In this document: positions 18,380 through 26,230 of the stretch, in pieces
Layout of the letters: the number at the start of each line of letters is the position of its first letter
How positions within the stretch are numbered: position 1 is the first letter of the stretch
From: Candidatus Symbiobacter sp.
GTDB lineage: Bacteria; Pseudomonadota; Alphaproteobacteria; Elsterales; Elsteraceae
NCBI GenBank assembly: GCA_030054015.1
Contig: JASGCR010000002.1
Span: forward strand, 1 to 27,420
Length of the DNA: 27,420 nt
Direction: 5' to 3'
The notes under the pieces: model-generated
Databases searched by the model: none
What the model was told of the DNA's origin: nothing
The model's input: only the letters and a program-made list of their open reading frames with translations
Translations under genes and position numbers: made by a program

Positions 18380-18867
18380 AACCCAAATATCGTCGGTTGC
18401 TGTTGGTGGTGGCCTCGTTGTTGCTCTTGGGCGGGGCGGTGGCCTTAATGTTGGTGGCGTTCAAAGATGGGGTGGTGTTTTTCTACACCCCGACCGAATT
18501 ACACCAACCCAAAAACCAAGCCAAAATAACGCCAGATCGCCCGGTGCGGGTGGGCGGCCTGGTGGCGGTGCATTCGCTGCAAGCTGGTGCGGATGGGCTT
18601 AGCTATCAGTTTATCATCACGGACTTGTCGGATCAGCTTGCGGTTGTTTATACTGGCGTCTTGCCGGATTTGTTCCGCGAAGGGCAAGGGGTGGTGGCCG
18701 AGGGGCATCTTCTCCCCACTGGCACCTTGGTGGCGACCACCGTTCTGGCCAAACATGACGAAAGATATATGCCAAAACCTCTGGTTGATCAGTTGAAAGC
18801 AACCGGCCGTTGGCAAGAAGGGCAAATGCCATCCGAACAAAATTATGTTAAAACACCGAGACCTTGA
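18370..18867 (+). CDS. ccmE: Cytochrome c maturation heme chaperone
   Basis: FFYTPT, VRVGGLV, LPDLFREGQGVVAEG, LAKHDERY. Confidence 0.97.
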   Translation: MRIKPKYRRLLLVVASLLLLGGAVALMLVAFKDGVVFFYTPTELHQPKNQAKITPDRPVRVGGLVAVHSLQAGADGLSYQFIITDLSDQLAVVYTGVLPDLFREGQGVVAEGHLLPTGTLVATTVLAKHDERYMPKPLVDQLKATGRWQEGQMPSEQNYVKTPRP

Positions 18868-19370
18868 AACTTCGCCTTTATGCCCCCCCCTTTCTAAGGA
18901 AGGTCTGATTAAGTCACTTTTTTGCCAAAAGAGACACGCATTTGCGAGCGGCGTAGCCGCGAAGCAATCCAGAAAAATCTAGCAATTTCAGGATGTTACT
19001 GGATTGCTTCGCGGGCGTAAACGCCCGCTCGCAAATGCCATTTCCTGGATTCTGAGACTTATTCGGACATTCCTAAAGGAACCTCTGAATAAGGCGAAAA
19101 AATCTCTGACCCCCCCTTCTTTAGAAGGGGGGGATAGAAAAGCTAGGCGACTGCGAAGCAGGCGACGTAGCTTTTCTTGGGGGGGTTGGTGCAATATATT
19201 GATTCTGATCAGATTTTTACCATCACCAACCCCCCCGACCGATCCTAGGCGGCAAGCCGCCATGGATCGGTTTCCCCCCCTTCCTAAGCAGGAAGGGGGG
19301 GGTCATAAATGTTCCTCGACTTAACCAGACCTTCCCTAAAGAAGGTCTGGTTAAGGCGCAAAGGCGAATC
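18851..19370. mobile_element. Stack of IS5-like mini-elements between ccmE and ccmF (18898-19073 and 19078-19335) plus outer-terminus remnants
   Basis: TIR pair 18898-18915/19056-19073 (15/18) flanked by TAA; pair 19078-19095/19318-19335; back-to-back TIR palindrome 19318-19357. Confidence 0.75.
18938..19038. repeat. REP/RPE-like palindrome (GCATTTGCGAGC..GCAATCC / GGATTGC..GCTCGCAAATGC)
   Basis: 12-bp outer IR; perfect 15-bp IR 18958-18972/18999-19013; side hairpins 18948-18960 and 19011-19028. Confidence 0.8.
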
Positions 19371-19418
19371 CCATGATCCTTAATCCCCCGCCCAACCGAC
19401 AGCCAAAGGTTAGATAAA

Positions 19419-21608
19419 TTGTATTTCACAGAATCGGGACATTTTGCCTTGATCTTGGCGGCGGTGATTGCGCTGTTGCAGGCGGTCTGTGGGTTTTATG
19501 GGGCCAGTGCGCGGCGACTGGTCTATGTGCAGGTGGCAGAGAGGGGGGCATTGCTGCAATTTACGGCGGTGGCGGTCAGTTTTGCCTGTTTAATGTCGCG
19601 CTTTATCGCCTCGGATTTTTCGGTGGCTCTGGTGGCGCAGGGGTCGCGTTATGATTTACCCTTAATGTATCGCATGACGGCTTTGTGGGGCAATCACGAA
19701 GGCTCGATGCTGTTATGGGTCACGATTTTGGCCTTGTTTGGCGCGGGTTTTGTCATAAGCAGTGGCAAATTGGCCCCGCTGTTGCGGGTGCGGGTGGTGG
19801 CGGTGATGGGGCTGATTGGGGTGGGGTTTTACGGCTTTATCTTATTCACCTCGGATCCGTTTGCGCGATTGTCGCCCGCCCCGATTGAGGGGCAAGGCCT
19901 CAATCCGATTTTAATGGACCCTGGCCTGGCGTTTCACCCGCCTTTGCTTTATTTGGGCTATGTCGGATTTGCGGTGGCTTTTGCCTTTGCGGTGGCGGGG
20001 TTGTTGGCGGGCGAGATTGATGCCGCCTGGTCGCGTTGGTTGCGGCCTTGGGTGCTGACGGCGTGGATTTTTCTGACGCTGGGCATTTGTTTGGGCAGTT
20101 GGTGGGCTTATTATACTTTGGGGTGGGGCGGCTGGTGGTTTTGGGACCCGGTCGAAAATGCCGCTTTGATGCCGTGGTTGCTGGGGACGGCCTTGCTGCA
20201 TTCGGTGTTGGTGGTGGAGCGGCGCGAGGCCTTAAAACGCTGGACATTATTATTGGCGATTTTGACCTTTGGACTTAGCCTGATCGGTACCTTTTTGGTG
20301 CGGTCGGGGGTTTTGACCTCGGTTCATGCCTTTGCCAGTGATCCTGAACGCGGGGTCTATATTTTGCTGTTGGTCGTGGTTTTATTGGGCGGCGCGTTGC
20401 TGTTATACGCGTTGCGGGTGCCGCGTCTGAGCCATGGAGGGATTTTTGCCCCGATCAGCCGTGAATCGGCCCTGGTGGTGAATAACATCGCTTTGTGTTC
20501 GGCGGCGGTGGCGGTGTTTGTGGGGACGCTCTACCCGATTGTCCTTGGCATTATTGGGGCGGCACCGGTGACGGTGGGGCCGCCTTATTTTATGATCACA
20601 TTTTTGCCGATGGTGACACCTTTATTGGTGGCGGTGGCGATTGGGCCGATGCTGGCTTGGAAACAGGCCGATCTTTGGGCAGCGATGCAACGACTTGGCG
20701 TGGCGGCACTGGGTCTGCTGTTGGTATTGGGCTGTGTGTATGGGGTGGTGGCGCATGTGCCGGCCTTGGCCTGGTTTGGGGTGGGGTTTGCGACATGGAT
20801 TGCCCTTGGTACCCTCACCGAATGGTCGGAACGGGTTGGCTTGTTTCATCTGCCGCTCCAGGTGGTGATGCGGCGGATGCGCTTTTTGCCGATGTCGGCC
20901 TGGGGCAAAAGCCTCGCTCATATGGGCTTGGCGGTGTCGATCTTGGGCATGGCCGGATCGGCGTTTCGGGACGAAGCCATCCAGGTCATGTACCCGCAAC
21001 AAAGCCTAACCCTGGGTCACCTAAGCTTGCAGATGAACCAGATCACCCGCGCCGACAAAGGCGGCTACCTCGCCGATAGGGCCGAATTCAGCGTGTGGCG
21101 CAAGGGCAAAAACATCAATAGCTTGGTGGCGGAGAGGCGGATTTTTGGCGAAAAATCTGATTCATCCGAGGGGCAGGTCACCCAGGTCACGGCGATTGCC
21201 TCGCATGGATTTTATAATCTTTATGTCGCTTTGGGCAATCTGGCACCGCCTAATTCCGGTTCCGGTTCCGGTTCCAGTTCCAGTTCCGGTTCCGGTTCCA
21301 GTTCCAATTCCAATTCCAATTCCAATGACACGGCGGGAAAGTTTTTGAAAAAAGGCAACATGTCGGCAGAAAAACCCAATTCTGCCGCCAACCCGCCACT
21401 GCCACCGCCAAGCCTCGCCGCGCCGCCGCCTGCGACCGGTTTCGTCGTGCGGGTTTATTTAACCCCTTTGGAATCGTTTATTTGGTTTGGGGCGGTGATG
21501 ATGGCGTTGGGCGGCGGGTTGGCTTTGTTGGACCGCACGTCGCATCAACGGCAATTGCGCTTATGGACGAAAATGGGCTTGGATGGCGGCGAGCGGAGGA
21601 CATTCTGA
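19419..21608 (+). CDS. ccmF: Cytochrome c heme lyase
   Basis: WGNHEGSMLLW, HPPLLYLGY, WGGWWFWDPVEN, VHAFA; TTG start uncertain by a few codons. Confidence 0.96.
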   Translation: MYFTESGHFALILAAVIALLQAVCGFYGASARRLVYVQVAERGALLQFTAVAVSFACLMSRFIASDFSVALVAQGSRYDLPLMYRMTALWGNHEGSMLLWVTILALFGAGFVISSGKLAPLLRVRVVAVMGLIGVGFYGFILFTSDPFARLSPAPIEGQGLNPILMDPGLAFHPPLLYLGYVGFAVAFAFAVAGLLAGEIDAAWSRWLRPWVLTAWIFLTLGICLGSWWAYYTLGWGGWWFWDPVENAALMPWLLGTALLHSVLVVERREALKRWTLLLAILTFGLSLIGTFLVRSGVLTSVHAFASDPERGVYILLLVVVLLGGALLLYALRVPRLSHGGIFAPISRESALVVNNIALCSAAVAVFVGTLYPIVLGIIGAAPVTVGPPYFMITFLPMVTPLLVAVAIGPMLAWKQADLWAAMQRLGVAALGLLLVLGCVYGVVAHVPALAWFGVGFATWIALGTLTEWSERVGLFHLPLQVVMRRMRFLPMSAWGKSLAHMGLAVSILGMAGSAFRDEAIQVMYPQQSLTLGHLSLQMNQITRADKGGYLADRAEFSVWRKGKNINSLVAERRIFGEKSDSSEGQVTQVTAIASHGFYNLYVALGNLAPPNSGSGSGSSSSSGSGSSSNSNSNSNDTAGKFLKKGNMSAEKPNSAANPPLPPPSLAAPPPATGFVVRVYLTPLESFIWFGAVMMALGGGLALLDRTSHQRQLRLWTKMGLDGGERRTF
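21255..21326 (+). repeat. In-frame hexamer array, 12 units TCCGGT/TCCAGT/TCCAAT, within ccmF
   Basis: Direct reading; encodes SGSGSGSSSSSGSGSSSNSNSNSN. Confidence 0.95.
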
Positions 21609-21609
21609 C

Positions 21610-22221
21610 ATGCGGCGCAATTTATGGGTGGTGATTCCGGTTTTGACGTTTATGCTGGTCGGGGTTGGGCTGTTTTTGGGGTTGCGCCATGACCCGCAAA
21701 ATTTGCCGTCGAATCTGCTGGGGCGGGCGGCCCCGCGGCTTAATTTGCCGCTTTATGCGGCGCCAGGGGCGGTACCGGGGGCGGCTCCAGGGTCACCGCC
21801 AGCAACGCCCGCCGTTTCCTCCGCCGCGGGAATGTCGCCCGCCCCGGTTGCTGGCGGCAAGGCGGCGGCACCCTTGGTGGTTAATTTTTTTGCCAGCTGG
21901 TGCGTACCCTGCCGGGCCGAGGCTGGCACCTTGCTGGCTTTGCGACAAAAACGGGATGAAGCTGGCCTTGGCCTGCGCATCATCGGCATTGTTTACAAAG
22001 ATACGCCCGCAAATATCGCGCGTTATCTCAAGGATTACGGCAATCCCTATGACCAAATCTTGGTCGATGGCGATGGGCAGGGCGGGATAGAGTTTGGGGT
22101 TTACGGCATCCCGGAAACATTTTTAATCGACCAGGGGGGCGTGATACGGCACCGTTATGCCGGAGTCTTAAGCCTGGCCGAGGATGTCCCCGCTATTTTG
22201 AAAAAATTTGGCAAAAATTAA
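21610..22221 (+). CDS. ccmG: Periplasmic thiol:disulfide oxidoreductase CcmG/DsbE
   Basis: HDPQNLPS, NFFASWCVPCRAE, GVYGIPETFLID; start ATG 21610 just after ccmF stop. Confidence 0.93.
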   Translation: MRRNLWVVIPVLTFMLVGVGLFLGLRHDPQNLPSNLLGRAAPRLNLPLYAAPGAVPGAAPGSPPATPAVSSAAGMSPAPVAGGKAAAPLVVNFFASWCVPCRAEAGTLLALRQKRDEAGLGLRIIGIVYKDTPANIARYLKDYGNPYDQILVDGDGQGGIEFGVYGIPETFLIDQGGVIRHRYAGVLSLAEDVPAILKKFGKN

Positions 22222-22232
22222 GGACTGATTCT

Positions 22233-23564
22233 GTGATTGCACGCGAAAACCCGTCGGATTCTGCGTTGCCAAACCAGGCCCCTCGCACCCTGTCGCTTTA
22301 CATCCATTTTCCCTATTGCTTGTCCAAATGTCCATATTGCGATTTTAATTCTCATGTGCGCCCTGACTTGGCATTTTTGCCCGAATCCAAGTTGCCCGCA
22401 TCGCATTTGCCCGAATCCAAATCCAAAGGTGATGGCGCGTCCAATCGCGCGGCGCGGGCGGCGGAGCAACGTTGGCAAGAATCGCTGTTGCTTGCGCTGG
22501 ATCGCCAGATGGCGCGTTTGGGGTATCCGCTCGGTTTGGCTCAAACCCATAGTGTCAGCTCGATTTTTTTTGGCGGCGGTACGCCTTCGCTGATTGACCC
22601 GATGGTGGTGGCCGAGATTCTGACCGCCATAAAACAGCGTTTTCGCCTCGATGCGGGGTGTGAAATTACCTTAGAAGCCAATCCGAACAGCTCGGAATCC
22701 CAGCGATTTTCCCAATTTCGCCAGGCCGGGATCAACCGCCTGTCTTTGGGGGTGCAATCGCTGGATGACCGGGCTTTGCGCTTTTTGGGGCGGGGGCATT
22801 CCGCCGCCGAAGCCCTCCACGCCATCCAGGCCGCCGCGCAAAATTTTGATTTTTTCTCATTTGATCTTATTTACGCCCGGCCCGAGCAAACCCTGGCGGA
22901 TTGGCATGATGAATTACGCCGCGCCTTGCAATTGGGGTCGTCGCATCTGTCGCTTTATCAATTGACGATTGAAGAAAACACGAAATTTTTTCATGCCTTT
23001 GCCCGTGGCGATTTTACCCTGCCCGATGATGATCTGGCGGGGGAATTTTATGAAACCACCCAGGCCATCATGACGGCGGCGGGCTTGCCCGCCTATGAAA
23101 TCTCCAACCATGCCAAAGCGGGGCATGAATCGCGCCACAATCTTGGCTATTGGCATTATGGCGATTATCTGGGGGTGGGGCCAGGGGCGCACGGGCGGAT
23201 GACCGATGCGGCGGGCGAGAAATTCGCTCTGGCCCAAGCCAAACTGCCCGAAACCTGGCAGAACCACATTGCCCAGGGCGGGGATGGTTTGTCCGAATAT
23301 AACAGATTGAGCCGACGGGATCGCTTTGCCGAGGCGTTGATGATGGGGCTGCGCCTGACGACAGGGATTTCCATGACGCATTTGGCGGATGAGGGAAATT
23401 TTTCGCGCGACAAAATCGATGGCTGGTTGGCATCGGTGCGCTGCCAAGCCTTGTTCCAGGAAAATTTTTTGCAGGTTAAGGGGGATTTTTTGTCCGCCAC
23501 CGCCGCCGGTCGGCAAAGGTTGAACGCGGTGTTGCGGGAAATGTTGGCCGAGGAAATTGTTTAA
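22233..23564 (+). CDS. hemW: Radical SAM heme chaperone (HemN-like)
   Basis: YIHFPYCLSKCPYCDFNSH, FFGGGTPS, EITLEANP, YEISN, HNLGYW..DYLGVGPGAH. Confidence 0.92.
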   Translation: MIARENPSDSALPNQAPRTLSLYIHFPYCLSKCPYCDFNSHVRPDLAFLPESKLPASHLPESKSKGDGASNRAARAAEQRWQESLLLALDRQMARLGYPLGLAQTHSVSSIFFGGGTPSLIDPMVVAEILTAIKQRFRLDAGCEITLEANPNSSESQRFSQFRQAGINRLSLGVQSLDDRALRFLGRGHSAAEALHAIQAAAQNFDFFSFDLIYARPEQTLADWHDELRRALQLGSSHLSLYQLTIEENTKFFHAFARGDFTLPDDDLAGEFYETTQAIMTAAGLPAYEISNHAKAGHESRHNLGYWHYGDYLGVGPGAHGRMTDAAGEKFALAQAKLPETWQNHIAQGGDGLSEYNRLSRRDRFAEALMMGLRLTTGISMTHLADEGNFSRDKIDGWLASVRCQALFQENFLQVKGDFLSATAAGRQRLNAVLREMLAEEIV

Positions 23565-24202
23565 TTCGAACTTGCCCACCGTATGGGTTTTAACAAAAGG
23601 CGGCCTTTGCTGTCGGTGATGATGTCGTTAAATTGGGCGGAGGCAAGCCGATTTGGCGTGATGTGGCGTACGTGATCGACGACCTGGCGTAATTGCGGTG
23701 CCGCCTGCCTTTGATCTAGCCAACCCAAGATAATGATTTTCTTAAGATCAGCTTTGACGAGTTTTAAGGGCAAAACAAAATCGGTATCTTGCGACATCAC
23801 CAAGGCGATGTCATAATTATCCTGCCAACCATCATGCAGGAGATGCGAGGCCAGATTAACGTCCGTCCCTTTTTCCTCGGTGGTATGTACCAGCACATAG
23901 CGGTTGTTCGGGTCGGGGGGATCGACCAAAGGTCGGGAAATTGTCTTTGGCAAAAAATTGCCGTAAATTATTTCAAGGGTTGGAATCGTTTCCAAGGCGC
24001 GGAGATAAATATGCTGGCGTTTGGGTTCGTCCGGATCATCGCGCCCCGACACACGGGCGGTGAAATATTTGATTTTGACAATGTGGTCGGTGGGGTCAAT
24101 CAGCGATGTCGATAATTTATGCAGATCAAGCCATTTATACGGGGTTTTGCGAAGGGCGCGGTAATAGAGGTTAAAGCCATCGATATACACCGCGACGCGC
24201 AT
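23561..24202 (-). CDS. NYN-domain (PIN-like, LabA/DUF88) putative RNase
   Basis: RVAVYIDGFNLY, EEKGTDVNLA, MSQDTDF acidic catalytic pattern; start ATG 24202 after GGGGAAG. Confidence 0.88.
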   Translation of the reverse strand: MRVAVYIDGFNLYYRALRKTPYKWLDLHKLSTSLIDPTDHIVKIKYFTARVSGRDDPDEPKRQHIYLRALETIPTLEIIYGNFLPKTISRPLVDPPDPNNRYVLVHTTEEKGTDVNLASHLLHDGWQDNYDIALVMSQDTDFVLPLKLVKADLKKIIILGWLDQRQAAPQLRQVVDHVRHITPNRLASAQFNDIITDSKGRLLLKPIRWASSN

Positions 24203-24206
24203 GACC

Positions 24207-24350
24207 GCTTCCCCCCGAAGCAATTTATTAATCAGCCGATTCTGTGACCGGGCTGATGCGATATTTGGTTAGTGTCAAAACAGCAAAGCCAGCAACTTAG
24301 TTCTAAAGAGTTCTAAGTTACTGGCTTTGTGCCAATAGCACGCTATTGGC
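24207..24350 (-). ncRNA. Candidate structured leader RNA of the NYN gene (four hairpins)
   Basis: Stems 24331-24350, 24284-24329 (17 bp incl. one G-U on minus strand), 24231-24257, 24207-24221; expression not shown. Confidence 0.4.
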
Positions 24351-24364
24351 GGGTTTATGAAATC

Positions 24365-24393
24365 AATATAGCAGTCCCAAAAATGTTTTTCAA
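24365..24393 (-). promoter_or_regulatory. Sigma70-like promoter TTGAAA-N17-TATATT for the NYN gene
   Basis: -35 at 24388-24393, -10 at 24365-24370, 17-nt spacer counted. Confidence 0.6.
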
Positions 24394-24428
24394 TCCCAAA
24401 AATGTTTTTCAATCCCAAAAATGTTTTT
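24375..24428. repeat. 19-bp tandem repeat, ~2.8 copies (TCCCAAAAATGTTTTTCAA)
   Basis: Units 24375-24393, 24394-24412, partial 24413-24428. Confidence 0.95.
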
Positions 24429-24819
24429 GGCCGCTGCCGCCTGCGACAAAACGGCCAGATAAAAATCTGCCCCTTGGGAGTGAATTGCCTGTAAACTGCT
24501 GACATGAAAGTTTGGCCCTAAGCAAATAGGCTCCACGAAAATCGGCAAAACAGAGATCATCCGACCCTACGGGCTGAAATCTTGAGGACTAAGTAGACTC
24601 AAATTCGGTGAAATGGCCGCGCCCACCGCCTTCCTCTCCTTGCAAAAACCGCAAATCTCAGTCTATTTTACCCATGAGCGCAATCGATGAAATAGAAATA
24701 AACCCACGAAAGACTGTCATGATCAAATTCGTACAAATAAATTAAAGGGCTTAACAACGGGCCATCAATTCGAGATCGGGTGAAGATTAGGCGTAAAAAC
24801 TTAACGCACCGACCATAAG

Positions 24820-26115
24820 ATGCAGGATTATTTATTGGGACAGCAGATATTGGCAACCGACACTTACACTCAGCTTTTCACCTCGGCTTTGGCCGAACTC
24901 AAACGCGAGGGGAGATACCGCGTTTTTGCCGAATTGGAACGGGTGGCGGGGGAGTTCCCGCGGGTGCGCTATCACGGCAACCGTGATACGGGCTTGGAGA
25001 TAAAAAGCAAGCTGGTCACTTTGTGGTGTTCCAATGATTATCTGGCGATGGGCGAGCATCCCAAAGTACGCCAAGCCATGATCGAATTTTTATCGCGTTC
25101 AAGTGCGGGGGCGGGCGGTACCCGCAATATTGGCGGTACCAGCCATGAACATGTAAAATTAGAGCGCATCTTGGCCGAGCTGCATGGCCGCGAACGCGCC
25201 TTGTTGTTTACGTCGGGTTATGTCGCCAATCAAACCTGTCTCACCACATTGGGGCGGATCATTCCCGGGTTGATTATTTATTCCGATGCCCATAACCACA
25301 ATTCGATGATCGAGGGGATTCGCCAAAGCGGGGCCAAAAAAATCATTTTTACCCATAATGATGTCACGGATTTGGCGCGGCATTTGGCGGCATCAGACCC
25401 CCAGGCCCCCAAATTAATCGCCTTTGAAAGCCTGTATTCGATGGATGGCGATATGGCCCCGATTGGTAAAATTTGTGATTTGGCCGAGCAACATAACGCC
25501 CTGACCTATTTGGATGAAGTCCACGCGGTCGGCATGTATGGGCCGCATGGCGGCGGCATTGCCGAAGCCATGGGCATCGCCGAGCGACCAACCCTGATCC
25601 AGGGTACGTTGGGCAAGGCGTTTGGGCTGGTGGGGGGCTATGTGGCGGGTTCGGGATTAATGATTGACACGCTGCGTTCCTTTGCGCCGGGATTTATTTT
25701 TACGACCTCGCTGCCGCCGGTGATTGCGGCCGGGGCGCAGGCAAGCATTTCCCATCTGATGTCGTCAAACCGCGAGCGCGAGGGGCAAAAATTGGCGGTC
25801 GCTCGGTTAAAACACGCCCTCATGGATGCGCATTTGCCCATCATGGAGTCTCCGAGCCATATCGTCCCCGTGATGGTCGGCGATGCGGCCTTGGCGAAAA
25901 AAATTTCCGATTTGTTGCTGGGTGATTTCGATATTTACGTGCAGGCGATTAATTTCCCGACCGTGCCGCGTGGCCGCGAAAGATTGCGCCTGGCCCCTGG
26001 CCCCTTGCATACCGAGGCCATGATTGCCGAATTGGTCGCGGCCCTGGCGGAAATTTGGTGGAAATTAGGCTTGCCCCTGGTGGGGGCGGAACCCTTACAA
26101 CGCAAGGCGTCGTGA
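24820..26115 (+). CDS. hemA: 5-aminolevulinate synthase
   Basis: [61 protein letters not shown]. Confidence 0.97.
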   Translation: MQDYLLGQQILATDTYTQLFTSALAELKREGRYRVFAELERVAGEFPRVRYHGNRDTGLEIKSKLVTLWCSNDYLAMGEHPKVRQAMIEFLSRSSAGAGGTRNIGGTSHEHVKLERILAELHGRERALLFTSGYVANQTCLTTLGRIIPGLIIYSDAHNHNSMIEGIRQSGAKKIIFTHNDVTDLARHLAASDPQAPKLIAFESLYSMDGDMAPIGKICDLAEQHNALTYLDEVHAVGMYGPHGGGIAEAMGIAERPTLIQGTLGKAFGLVGGYVAGSGLMIDTLRSFAPGFIFTTSLPPVIAAGAQASISHLMSSNREREGQKLAVARLKHALMDAHLPIMESPSHIVPVMVGDAALAKKISDLLLGDFDIYVQAINFPTVPRGRERLRLAPGPLHTEAMIAELVAALAEIWWKLGLPLVGAEPLQRKAS

Positions 26116-26163
26116 GGGGAATGGCTTGATTTAGAATTAAGGTTAATAGTTTCAATAAGTTAG

Positions 26164-26216
26164 CCCCCTCTTCCTGCTTAGCGAAGGGGGGACAGTACGA
26201 CTTAATCAGCCCTGCC
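26164..26216. repeat. Degenerate C/G hairpin plus IS5-like TIR between convergent hemA and dgoK
   Basis: CCCCCTCTTCCTGCTTAGCGAAGGGGGG 26164-26191; GACTTAATCAGCCCTGCC 26199-26216. Confidence 0.65.
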
Positions 26217-26230
26217 TTACGGAAAAGATT

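Noticed and set aside
8698-19370. Conserved arms with variable AT-rich spacers as a CRISPR array
   Set aside because: Units are inverted doublets scattered between genes, spacers are homologous to one another, and there are no cas genes
18988-19429. ORFs 19004-19324, 18988-19263 and 19223-19429
   Set aside because: Open frames through palindromic repeats, no recognisable motifs
24430-24819. FNR or CtrA box, riboswitch or small ORFs upstream of hemA
   Set aside because: Only ATCAA half-sites, TTAA spacing is 5 not 7, short hairpins fit no family I recognise, ORFs lack RBS
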